Notes: a model not told the origin generated them from the letters alone. A stretch of 59,576 bases of DNA from Desulfobaccales bacterium (GCA_052139855.1 JBKQVS010000178.1:1-59576); one strand, 5' to 3'. Numbered from the stretch's first letter, positions 8,755 to 17,321 are shown. Made by a program: numbers and translations.

Positions 8755-9128
8755 AATTTACCCTTCTCCGGCGAGGCGATTTTCATCACGGGATATGGTT
8801 TCCCGGGTGCGCATGGGGCGTTTCTCGTCACCAGCCTGGTCTCTCGGTTCATCAGCATCGCTCCGCCGGGCAACGCCTTGCCCCACCTGACCCTGCCGGC
8901 GGGATCTGCTCCAGAGGGGATTAAGATGAGAATCTTTGGCAGAGGATTGAGCCGATAAAACTCTCATAAAAACTCCAGCCCCAAAATCACGGACAGCGAG
9001 CCATCTGGAGATATTTTATGAAAATCGTTAATTAACTACAACTTATAATAAGTTTTCGGCGCCCGGCGTGCAAGGTTGACTTGAGGGCATTTATCGGCAA
9101 ATATGGTTACATCCGTCTGGACGACCCC

Positions 9129-10019
9129 ATGCGAAATATCCTTTGCCCTCTCTGTGAGCATGATCATACCTGCCTGGTAACCCGGCGCCGGGAACGGGGC
9201 CTTACCTACACCACGGTGGAGTGCCGGGATTGCGGCCTCGTCTATCATAATCCGGTGATTGAGGACCAGGATCGTCTCGAGGCGGCCGTGAGTCACCGGC
9301 AGTGGCACACAGGTGATGCGGGTTTGCCGCGCCAACTCCGCAAGCTGGAGAAACGCTGGAACCTGCAGTGGCCCCTGATTCGGCCGGTCTTTCAGCCCGG
9401 GTATCGCGTCCTGGAGATCGGCTGCGGCCTGGGCCTGGTGGGCGCCAGGCTCAAAAGTCTGGGAGCCCGGGTGTGGGCGGTGGAGCCCGACCCGGAGCAG
9501 GCCGCCTATGCCCGAGATCACCACGGCCTGGAAGTTTTTACCGGCCGCTTCGAGGAGGCGGACTTCGCAGATGGACCCTTCGACTTGATCCTGGCCTCCC
9601 ACGTCATCGAGCATTTCCCCGAGCCCCTGGCCTTCCTGCGCCGGGCCCGGACCTACGCCCACCCGGAAACCCGGCTCTTCCTGGAAACCCCCAACGTCCT
9701 GGCCCCCAAGGTGAGCTTCCGGCGGATGTTTTCTCCGGCCCACAACTTCTACTTCGCCCCCCAGACCCTGGGCTGGCTGCTCACCAAAGCCGGCTGGCAG
9801 GAGGAAAAGCTGCGGGTGTGGCGCCGGGACGCCTTCCAGGTTCTGGCCCGCCCCGGCGTCCCCCAAGCGCCGGTGGTGGACCCCCGAGTGGCCGGGGAGG
9901 TGAGACGCGCCATCGCCCGGCACCAGTATATGTATTATCTGAAATTGCTGTTCATCTGGCGCAAAATGCCCTGGTGGCAAAAATATTGGATGTACCAGCC
10001 GCAGGAGTCCGGCCGGTAA
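9129..10019 (+). CDS. Class I SAM-dependent methyltransferase with N-terminal Cys pairs
   Basis: CPLC..CRDC, VLEIGCGLG motif I, FDLILASHVIEH, LETPN. Confidence 0.85.
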   Translation: MRNILCPLCEHDHTCLVTRRRERGLTYTTVECRDCGLVYHNPVIEDQDRLEAAVSHRQWHTGDAGLPRQLRKLEKRWNLQWPLIRPVFQPGYRVLEIGCGLGLVGARLKSLGARVWAVEPDPEQAAYARDHHGLEVFTGRFEEADFADGPFDLILASHVIEHFPEPLAFLRRARTYAHPETRLFLETPNVLAPKVSFRRMFSPAHNFYFAPQTLGWLLTKAGWQEEKLRVWRRDAFQVLARPGVPQAPVVDPRVAGEVRRAIARHQYMYYLKLLFIWRKMPWWQKYWMYQPQESGR

Positions 10020-10028
10020 ACCTTAGGC

Positions 10029-10331
10029 TCAGGTCTTCCGAACCAGCGGGATCACCTTGGCCTTGCCTTCGGGAGCGGGGGAGCCGGGCTGGGGCGGGGC
10101 TTTGGGAGGAATGAGCGTGAGTTGCACCGGCCGTCCCCCCATGGTGAACTCCTCTCCCTGGAGATGGGTCTCCTCCAGGATCCAGACCAGGGTTTGGGGG
10201 GGCAGGGCGAGCACAAGCAATTCCACTTGATACCACCCCCGCTTGACATCCGGGGTAATATCATTGACGCGGGCGTAAAACGCCGGCTTGCGGTCCAGGT
10301 GGACCAGCACCAAATCGTTGAGCGTAGCCAT
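10029..10331 (-). CDS. Hypothetical protein (about 100 aa)
   Basis: MATLNDLVLVHLDRKPAFYARVNDITPDVKRGWYQVELL..FTMGG; protein-like composition and host-like codon usage. Confidence 0.7.
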   Translation of the reverse strand: MATLNDLVLVHLDRKPAFYARVNDITPDVKRGWYQVELLVLALPPQTLVWILEETHLQGEEFTMGGRPVQLTLIPPKAPPQPGSPAPEGKAKVIPLVRKT

Positions 10332-10459
10332 GACTGTCTGATGGCGGATGGCCGGCAAGGATAATCATATCTGGGGGGACCGGCGGGACTACTCTACCAG
10401 ATCACCGCCAAAATGCAAGGGCGCGTCGTATCAACCGGAGTGGCTTAGAGGGAAACCGG

Positions 10460-10867
10460 ATGGCAGAAGTCCAATTCATCGATTTGAGCGACGAAATCAA
10501 GGCCGAGGCGCGGGGCACGAGTTTTTTCCCCTGGCAAAGGCGGCTGCAGGCGCCTGAGAACCTGGTTTCCACCTTCCATCTCGTTTCCATCAGCCCGGGC
10601 CAGAGCCGGGGCCACCACCTCCACCCCGGCCACGCGGAGTGGCTCTACCCCTTCCACGGCCGGGCCGTCTTAACCTGGGAAGCCAGCCCCGGCCAGGTCC
10701 GAGAACGGGTCATCACGGGCGACCGCACCCTGATCCACATCCCGCCGGGCCTGGCTCACGCGGTTACCAACCCCGGGCCGGCGATCCTCTATCTCCTGGC
10801 CTGGCGGGAGGTTACCGGCCCCGGCCCCACGGACCCCGAAACCATCCCCCACCCTCTGGGCGACTGA
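10460..10867 (+). CDS. Cupin domain protein
   Basis: RGHHLHPGHAEWL and IHIPPGLAHAVTN cupin motifs. Confidence 0.8.
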   Translation: MAEVQFIDLSDEIKAEARGTSFFPWQRRLQAPENLVSTFHLVSISPGQSRGHHLHPGHAEWLYPFHGRAVLTWEASPGQVRERVITGDRTLIHIPPGLAHAVTNPGPAILYLLAWREVTGPGPTDPETIPHPLGD

Positions 10868-10981
10868 GGCAGGACTACCGGGTAATGGGATATTTATCCA
10901 TTCACCCGCGGTTTATCACCCTCAGGCCAAAATTTCGGTTGGACATTACTTTCAGGGAAAATGGCATAGCAGGAAAAGGGA

Positions 10982-11035
10982 AAGCCACGAAGGCTCTTTT
11001 TCCCGTCTTCAGACCGGAATAGGCCTTCGTGGCTT
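10982..11035. terminator. Perfect 13-bp inverted repeat between convergent genes, probable terminator
   Basis: AAGCCACGAAGGC (10982-10994) ... GCCTTCGTGGCTT (11023-11035). Confidence 0.55.
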
Positions 11036-11062
11036 AATTATGGGCGGACCCGTGGTTTTCCG

Positions 11063-11224
11063 TTAATGACAGCACTTATGCTCGTGCTGATGGTGCCCCT
11101 CTCCATGGATGTGTTCGTGAGTGTGCGCTTCGGCCTCGTGCCGGTGTTCGTGTCCATCATGGCTGTGGGTACAAGCCTCGTGGCTATGCTCGTGCTCATG
11201 CTTGTCCTGGTTGTGGCAGCACAT
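11063..11224 (-). CDS. His/Cys-rich metal-binding peptide (53 aa), Hpn-like
   Basis: Own translation MCCHNQDKHEHEHSHEACTHSHDGHEHRHEAEAHTHEHIHGEGHHQHEHKCCH; AAGGAGG SD 9 nt before ATG; below the ORF-track size cutoff. Confidence 0.85.
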   Translation of the reverse strand: MCCHNQDKHEHEHSHEACTHSHDGHEHRHEAEAHTHEHIHGEGHHQHEHKCCH

Positions 11225-11259
11225 ACTGTAGTGCCTCCTTTTCTTAATCTCTTGTTTAA

Positions 11260-11288
11260 AACATAAGAACTCATCTCATTGCCGTCAA
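11260..11288 (-). promoter_or_regulatory. Sigma70-type promoter for the His-rich peptide gene
   Basis: TTGACG (11288-11283) - N17 - TATGTT (11265-11260). Confidence 0.55.
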
Positions 11289-11388
11289 GACTTGCAAACC
11301 GTAACCCGTCCCACTCGCGCTTTTCATTTGCCGTTCCTCTAGGTCCATCTCGGCTAACGCTCCGGCCATAGGCCCGGGTGGGCCAAGG

Positions 11389-12141
11389 TCAGGCCGGGTG
11401 GCACACGGGGCAGCCCTGCAGCCGGAGAGGCTTCTCCAGATTGCAGGAGGCCAAAAGCTCCTCGTCCGCCATGATCGCCTGAGTGGGGCCGTCCGCGGCG
11501 ATGCGCCCCTCCTTGAGCACCAGGGTGCGGGGGCAGAGGTCCAGGACCAGGTCCAGGTCGTGGGTGGCGATGATCAGAGAATGCTCGAAAGTCTTCAAGA
11601 GTTCGATGAGCTGGCGGCGGGTCTTGGGGTCGAGGTTGGAGCTGGGCTCATCCATGACCAGGATGGCCGGGGCCAGGGACAACACTGCGGCAATGGCCAC
11701 GGCGCGCTTTTCCCCGCCGGACAGATGGTAAGGCGGGCGGTCCTTCAGGTGGACGGCGCCCACGGCGGCCAGGGCCTGCATCACCTGCCGGTCCACCTCC
11801 TCCGGGGTCAGGCCCAGATTTAAGGGGCCAAAGGCCACGTCATCATAAACCAGGGGCATGAACAGCTGATCGTCAGGGTCCTGAAAGATCAGGCCCACGG
11901 TGCGCCGCACGTGCTTCAGGGTCTTTTTGGTCACGGGCAGGTCCCCGATGCGCACCCGCCCGGCTTCCGGCAGCAGGCAGCCGTTAAACTGGAGGAGGAG
12001 GGTGGATTTGCCGGCGCCGTTGGCACCCACCAGGGCCACCTTCTCTCCATGGGTAATCCTGAAGGAAACTCCCTTCAAAACCTGGTTGCCGTCCGGGTAG
12101 CTATAGTACAGGTCGTCGATTTCAATGATATGATGGCTCAT
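11389..12141 (-). CDS. cbiO: ECF Ni/Co transporter ATPase (NikO/CbiO)
   Basis: GANGAGKST, FQDPDDQLF, LSGGEKR, DEPSSNLDP, THDLD. Confidence 0.92.
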   Translation of the reverse strand: MSHHIIEIDDLYYSYPDGNQVLKGVSFRITHGEKVALVGANGAGKSTLLLQFNGCLLPEAGRVRIGDLPVTKKTLKHVRRTVGLIFQDPDDQLFMPLVYDDVAFGPLNLGLTPEEVDRQVMQALAAVGAVHLKDRPPYHLSGGEKRAVAIAAVLSLAPAILVMDEPSSNLDPKTRRQLIELLKTFEHSLIIATHDLDLVLDLCPRTLVLKEGRIAADGPTQAIMADEELLASCNLEKPLRLQGCPVCHPA

Positions 12142-12950
12142 TTGAGCAGCTCCATGACCCAGGCGCCTGACAATTGGGAGACATTATAGAGCCTGAGCAG
12201 TATGAAAAAACCGGACCAGCCCAGGAAAAAGCCCACATCCCGGCCATGGAGGTGCAGGGGCCGGAGCAGGCGGATTTCGCCGTCGAAGCCCCGGGAGAGC
12301 ATGGCCAGGTGCAGGCGCTGGGCCCGGTCCAGGGTGCGCAGGAGCAGGTGGCCGAGCATGGAGCTATAGGCCCCAAAGCCCTGGCCGCGGCCATCAAAGG
12401 TGCGCAAGGCCCGGGCCCGCACCATCCGGGCGGCTTCGCCCCCCAGCACGAACAGATAGCGGTAGAGGAAGAGGAGCTGAAGAGCGAAGGCCCGGGGCAG
12501 CCCCAGCCGCTCCAGCGCGGCGCACACCTGGTGAAAGCCGGTGACGGCCACCAGAATCAGGGCGGCGCTCACCGTCAGGACGAACCGGAGCATAATGGAG
12601 AAAAAGGAAACCCAACCGCCGGAAATGGCCAGGGGGCCGAGGTGCGCCATGACCTGCCGGTCCAGCAAGGGGTTGAAGATGCCGATGAAAAAGGCGAAAG
12701 GCGCGGCGATCAAGATTTTCTTCCCCAGGTACCCGACGGGCACATTGCCCAAGGCAATGAGGACCACCGGGTAGAGAATGAAGGGAATCAGGCTGCCGAC
12801 GGCGTACTTGGGGAAGGAGACCACGGCCACGATGAACACCATGGTGGTGAGGAGTTTCACCCGGGGGTCGAGCCGGTGGATGGGGGTGGCCTGGTAGGAC
12901 AGCGTCTCCAGATAGCCGATATTATAGAGAGAATTTTCGATGGTGCCCAT
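12138..12950 (-). CDS. cbiQ: ECF Ni/Co transporter T component (NikQ/CbiQ)
   Basis: HRLDPRVK, YRYLFVL..EA.RM.RAR..R, AMLSRGF. Confidence 0.92.
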   Translation of the reverse strand: MGTIENSLYNIGYLETLSYQATPIHRLDPRVKLLTTMVFIVAVVSFPKYAVGSLIPFILYPVVLIALGNVPVGYLGKKILIAAPFAFFIGIFNPLLDRQVMAHLGPLAISGGWVSFFSIMLRFVLTVSAALILVAVTGFHQVCAALERLGLPRAFALQLLFLYRYLFVLGGEAARMVRARALRTFDGRGQGFGAYSSMLGHLLLRTLDRAQRLHLAMLSRGFDGEIRLLRPLHLHGRDVGFFLGWSGFFILLRLYNVSQLSGAWVMELLK

Positions 12951-12974
12951 GGGTGCGCCTCAGAAAGCCCGGGG

Positions 12975-14012
12975 TCAGCCTTGGTGACCAGCATACTTTT
13001 TCAGGCCGAAGCCGATGGCCCCGACCAGGAGCAGGGTGATGGCGGCCCCCAGCACCCCCGCCAGGGATCTGCCGGGGTTGACGTCGGGCCAGCTCTCTGC
13101 TTTTTTGGCATTTCTTTCGCCTTCCGGCTTCCTGAAGTCATAGTCCGGCAGAAAGGCGAGCTTTTCCTGGAGGGAGGCCAGGACCCCGTGCGCCCCGGCC
13201 ATGGGGGCCTCAACCTCCTCCTTGCCGGTGACGCCCTGGATGGCCCACTCCAGCCCGTCCGGATGGGTGGAGGCAAACCAGGAGAGGAGGCCGCCGGTGA
13301 ACAGGGCCAGGGCCACCAGTCCGATGATGACCGGCTTGAAGGAGCGGGGCGGGCCCGACGCCGCGGCGGGGAGCGCCATCTCCAGGATTTCCGGCCGGGC
13401 CTTCCAGACGAAGGTCACCACCGCCGCGGTGATGAGGCCTTCCACCACGCCGATGGCCAGGTGGATCGGCAGCATCAAGAGCATAAACGTGACGAAAGGA
13501 AGTTCCGAAATGCCGGAAAAGAGGGTCTCAAGAACGACCGCGCAAGCGCCCATCACCACGCTTAGCATGGCAGCGGCCAGGGCTCCCTGCAGAATGCGGC
13601 CCCGGGTGGTGCGGTCTCCCACGATCTTCTGATAAATAAAGGGATAGGCTACGAAACAGGCAAAAAATCCCATATTGAAGATGTTGCATCCCAAGGCCAG
13701 CAAACCGCCGTCAGCAAAAAACAAGGCCTGCACCGTGATCACCGAGGCCAGGGTGAGAAAGGCGGCATAAGGTCCCAACAGGATGCTCAGAATGATGCCG
13801 CCCACCAGGTGGCCGCTGGAACCGGTGGCGGGGATGGTGAAGTTGATCATTTGGGCCGCGAACACGAAGGCCCCCAGGACTCCCATGAGGGGGAGCTTGC
13901 GGTCGTCCATTTCCTGTTTCAGTTTCCTGGCGCTGTAATAGGTGAGGCCCGCGGTGGCGGCCCACATGGTACCGCCCACTACCGGGGAAATTAAGGCGTC
14001 GGCCATGTGCAT
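12975..14012 (-). CDS. ECF Ni/Co S component fused to a PDGLE domain (NikMN type)
   Basis: Metal-binding N-terminus MHMADAL, FAAQMINF, TGSSGHL, GGLLALGCN; C-terminal ASTHPDGLEW..LPDY. Confidence 0.92.
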   Translation of the reverse strand: MHMADALISPVVGGTMWAATAGLTYYSARKLKQEMDDRKLPLMGVLGAFVFAAQMINFTIPATGSSGHLVGGIILSILLGPYAAFLTLASVITVQALFFADGGLLALGCNIFNMGFFACFVAYPFIYQKIVGDRTTRGRILQGALAAAMLSVVMGACAVVLETLFSGISELPFVTFMLLMLPIHLAIGVVEGLITAAVVTFVWKARPEILEMALPAAASGPPRSFKPVIIGLVALALFTGGLLSWFASTHPDGLEWAIQGVTGKEEVEAPMAGAHGVLASLQEKLAFLPDYDFRKPEGERNAKKAESWPDVNPGRSLAGVLGAAITLLLVGAIGFGLKKYAGHQG

Positions 14013-14075
14013 GACTCATCCTCCTGATCGTTTAAGAGCATGGTTACCTCCTGAATTTCTCCAAAATTTCTTGGC

Positions 14076-15089
14076 CTAAAAATTATGATATGCGGTAACC
14101 ATAGGCGTGACTTTACGACTGCCGGCTTTGCCCATCAGGTCGATGGCGGTGCCGGCGGAAACGGCCCATTTTTCCGTGATAATGTACTCGATCCCCGGGA
14201 GGAGTCCCAAAAGGGTGCTGGGGGATTGGAACCCCTGAGGAGAAGAAATATTGGTCCAGGTCCAGTTGCTGTACATTTCCAGCAGCAGAACCCATTTGGG
14301 ATTGATGGGATATTCCGCCGCCAGGTTGAAGGTTACAAATTCACGGGAGCGGACCGAACTAGGGTTCGAGGTATAAAGGTTAACCGGACTATTTAACCAA
14401 ATATTGCTATAGAATAGGAACGGTTTCAGCCATTTGTAGAGGTTGATGCCGGTGGTGAAGGTGAAGGCCCCGGTGCCGATGGCATCCTGACCCAGGAGCG
14501 CCGGATTGAGGTGGTGGGCGTGGCCGGTGGGAAAACCCACGCCTCCCACCCCCGTGACCGCGGGCGTGAATTCGGTTTCTTCCAGCAACAAGTACTTGGC
14601 CACCGCCGTAACATCTCCGATTCCGCCGTAACTGGCGGAACGTTCGCCATTGGGACCGGCAATACTCGCATCGAGGCTGTTGCAAAAGTTATTGATGAAG
14701 GGAGCGATGACATAGAGCTCCAGGTTTTTGGTAGGGCCATAGGTAAATTTGACCGGCATGAGAAAAGTGTAATAATTCCCCTTGGCACTCGTATAGCGCC
14801 AGTTATTAGAGAAAAGCGCTGGGGAAAAAGAAAAGGCCGAGAGGACCTGGAGACTGGCATGGTGCTCCTCAATGGGAAGGCAACTGTCGCTGATCAGGGG
14901 GCCGCACGTGGTGGGGGCTCCCTCTTTTTTTGCTGCTTTTTTCTCTTCCTCCGCTTGTTCCGGTCCTGGTTTCTCCATAATGGCGGCTGGGCCTTGGGCC
15001 GCGGCCGGCACCGCAGAACCAAATACCCACCCGTTGAAAAAAATCAGCAGCAGGAACATTGCTCCTTTCCTGCAATGAATCAATCCCAT
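14076..15089 (-). CDS. Outer-membrane beta-barrel of the COG4313/Phenol_MetA_deg ('transporter') type
   Basis: Signal peptide, GGIGD, GFPTG, alternating beta-strand pattern, C-terminal Phe; AAGGGAG SD before ATG 15089. Confidence 0.7.
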   Translation of the reverse strand: MGLIHCRKGAMFLLLIFFNGWVFGSAVPAAAQGPAAIMEKPGPEQAEEEKKAAKKEGAPTTCGPLISDSCLPIEEHHASLQVLSAFSFSPALFSNNWRYTSAKGNYYTFLMPVKFTYGPTKNLELYVIAPFINNFCNSLDASIAGPNGERSASYGGIGDVTAVAKYLLLEETEFTPAVTGVGGVGFPTGHAHHLNPALLGQDAIGTGAFTFTTGINLYKWLKPFLFYSNIWLNSPVNLYTSNPSSVRSREFVTFNLAAEYPINPKWVLLLEMYSNWTWTNISSPQGFQSPSTLLGLLPGIEYIITEKWAVSAGTAIDLMGKAGSRKVTPMVTAYHNF

Positions 15090-15221
15090 ATTTACTCCCT
15101 TGCTGAAATAACAAAAAAAACCACGAAAACCTGGCACCTGCTGGCACCCAAGCCTTCGTGGCTGTTTGGCTCAAATTGGTTATTTCTCTGCTATCCGGGG
15201 TTCATCCCCGAAGTCTCGCTC

Positions 15222-15250
15222 AATTTATGGCAAGTGGGAGAAAATGTCAA
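15222..15250 (-). promoter_or_regulatory. Sigma70-type promoter of the barrel-nikMNQO operon
   Basis: TTGACA (15250-15245) - N17 - TAAATT (15227-15222). Confidence 0.55.
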
Positions 15251-15284
15251 GCATTTTCCCGGGTGAATTCGACTCAGAAGAATC

Positions 15285-16151
15285 TTAGCTGGACAGATGA
15301 TATTCCCGGCGGCGCCAGGCTTTGAGGGCTTCCACCAGGTTGTAGGTGAGCCGGTCCTGGCAGGGCATGGACCCCAGGGTGATCTCGGGCTTGTTGAGGC
15401 CGTGGTAGTCGGAGCCGCCGGTGATCAGGAGGTCAAGCTCCCGGGCCAGCTTCAGATAGAGGGCTTGCTGCTCCGGGGTGTGCTCGGAGTAGAAGACCTC
15501 GAGGCCCGCCAACCCCTGGGCTTTCAGTTCCATAACCAGGTTTTTCAGGGCATAGGCCGTGCCCTGGTTCAGGGTGAAGGGGTGGGCCAGGACCGGGATG
15601 CCTTTGGCCTCCCGGATCATGGCCAGGGCCTGGTCCGGGGGAAAGCGAAATTTGCTGACGTAGGCGGGTTTGCGCCAACCCAGGTATTTGTCGAAGGCTT
15701 CCTGGAGGTCTGCGACGTAGCCCGCCTCCATCAGGGCCCGGGCGATGTGGGGCCGGCCCACCTGGCCGCCGCCGGAGATCTCCTCCACCCGGGCCATGGT
15801 GACGGTGATGCCCAAGGCGTTGAGCTTATTAATGATCTGGGGATTGCGGTCGAGGCGGGCCTGTTTGAGCACCGCCAGGCGCTGGTCCAGGAGGCCGTTG
15901 TGGTAATCGACGTAGAGGCCCAGGATGTGCATGGTGCCGCCGGGAAACTGGGCGCTGATCTCCACCCCGGGAATGACCTCGAGCCCGTGGGTCTGGCCCG
16001 CGGCCACGGCCTCGGGCAGGCCATCCACGGTGTCGTGATCGGTGAGGGCCATGGCCGTGAGGCCGCCCTCCTTGGCAAAGCGCACCACCTCCGCCGGTGG
16101 ATAAGAGCCGTCGGAGGCGCTGGAGTGGACGTGGAGGTCTATAAGTTTCAT
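15285..16151 (-). CDS. PHP domain phosphoesterase (TrpH/YciV-like)
   Basis: DLHVHSSASDG, ALTDHDT, GVEIS, HILG, LAHP, GGSDYHG. Confidence 0.92.
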   Translation of the reverse strand: MKLIDLHVHSSASDGSYPPAEVVRFAKEGGLTAMALTDHDTVDGLPEAVAAGQTHGLEVIPGVEISAQFPGGTMHILGLYVDYHNGLLDQRLAVLKQARLDRNPQIINKLNALGITVTMARVEEISGGGQVGRPHIARALMEAGYVADLQEAFDKYLGWRKPAYVSKFRFPPDQALAMIREAKGIPVLAHPFTLNQGTAYALKNLVMELKAQGLAGLEVFYSEHTPEQQALYLKLARELDLLITGGSDYHGLNKPEITLGSMPCQDRLTYNLVEALKAWRRREYHLSS

Positions 16152-16264
16152 ATTATTGGATTATTTTTTCCCGTTTATTCGCCGGTGAGGGCGCCGGCGC
16201 CACATTTTCTCTCTGTCAGACGCATCGCCCTTAACGGCGTCACTGAAAGCTGACCGATCTATGA

Positions 16265-16978
16265 CTACCTGATCAATTCCACCATCTCCCGTACGGCTCG
16301 CTCGATGCCGACTAGTATAGCCCGGGCCATGATGGAATGGCCGATGGAGAACTCGGCAAACTCCTCCCGGCCCTTGAACGGCTTGATATTCCGGTAGTTG
16401 AGGCCGTGGCCGCATTTGACCTTCAAGCCGATGCTCCGGGCGTGGCGGGCGGCGTTGAGCAGTTCCTGAAAGAGCCGGGTGGCTTCGGCCCGGGTGATGG
16501 CGTCGGCGTAGGTGCCGGTGTGGAGTTCGACCCACTCGGCCCCCACGTCCTTGGCCGCGTCGATCTGGGCGGTCACCGGGTCCACGAAGAGGCTGACCCT
16601 GAGGCCCACTTCCTTGAGGTCCTGGACGAAATTCTTGAGAAAGGTCTGGTTCCCCGCCACTTCCAGGCCCCCCTCGGTGGTGAGTTCCTGGCGTTTTTCC
16701 GGCACCAGGGTCACCAGGTCGGGTTTGACCTCCCGGGCGATGGTGAGCATCTCCGGGGTGGCGGCCATCTCGAGGTTGAGGCGGGTCTTGACGGTCTGGC
16801 GCAGCAGCTCAAGGTCCCGGTCCTGGATGTGGCGCCGGTCTTCCCTGAGGTGGACGATGATACCGTCGGCCCCGGCCAGCTCGGCCAGGGCTGCGGCGGT
16901 CACCGGGTCCGGTTCGTTGGTGAGGCGGGCCTGTCGCAGGGTGGCCACATGGTCAATGTTTACTTCGAGTCGCGGCAC
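16265..16978 (-). CDS. pdxJ: Pyridoxine 5'-phosphate synthase
   Basis: [51 protein letters not shown]; GTG start with GGAG SD. Confidence 0.95.
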   Translation of the reverse strand: MPRLEVNIDHVATLRQARLTNEPDPVTAAALAELAGADGIIVHLREDRRHIQDRDLELLRQTVKTRLNLEMAATPEMLTIAREVKPDLVTLVPEKRQELTTEGGLEVAGNQTFLKNFVQDLKEVGLRVSLFVDPVTAQIDAAKDVGAEWVELHTGTYADAITRAEATRLFQELLNAARHARSIGLKVKCGHGLNYRNIKPFKGREEFAEFSIGHSIMARAILVGIERAVREMVELIR

Positions 16979-17058
16979 GCGGGGTTCTCCTTCCAATGCA
17001 AAATGAAAATGATTCTTATGACGTTTGCCAACAATTTCTTCTGACGGGCGGTTTTTAA

Positions 17059-17091
17059 ATCCCCCTAAATCCCCCTTTTTCAAAGGGGGAC
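17059..17091. repeat. REP-like element ATCCCCCTAAATCCCCCTTTTTCAAAGGGGGAC
   Basis: TCCCCCTTT-TTC-AAAGGGGGA palindrome preceded by a partial direct copy of its left arm. Confidence 0.55.
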
Positions 17092-17162
17092 CTTATCGGC
17101 TCAATCCATGATGACTACGACGTTAAATAATGGTTTTCGGTTGCCCAACTTTCTGTATTGTT

Positions 17163-17234
17163 TGTCATTCTGAGCGCAGCGAAGAATTTCATGGTTATGG
17201 GATGTTGAGTCCCTTCGCTACGCTCAGGATTACA
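17163..17234. repeat. REP element of the TGTCATTCTGAGCG..CGCTCAG(A/G)AT(G/T)ACA family
   Basis: Long imperfect inverted repeat; second copy at 39549-39620. Confidence 0.75.
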
Positions 17235-17321
17235 AAAAAACAAATTTCCAGCCATCTCGGCTGGGGGAGAACCAGGCGAAATTTATTCATCCCCCCCTCT
17301 TGCAGATGGGGAAAGGGGATT

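Noticed and set aside
8780-8960. SAM-I riboswitch before the DUF39 gene
   Set aside because: No AUC-(A/C)AGAG, GCAACC or matching P1 on the coding strand; only a looser SAH-like pattern, reported as a candidate
11038-11274. ORF-track entries 11038-11274 (-) and 11066-11266 (+)
   Set aside because: Shadow frames of the His-rich gene; their Thr/Ser/Met and Val/Met/Leu bias is what repeated CAY-GAR codons give in other frames
15095-15215. Cobalamin, NiCo or c-di-GMP-I riboswitch
   Set aside because: B12 box and NiCo four-way-junction motifs not seen; GCCAAAC-hairpin-GGG resembles c-di-GMP-I only weakly and lacks GCAAAGC and the second stem
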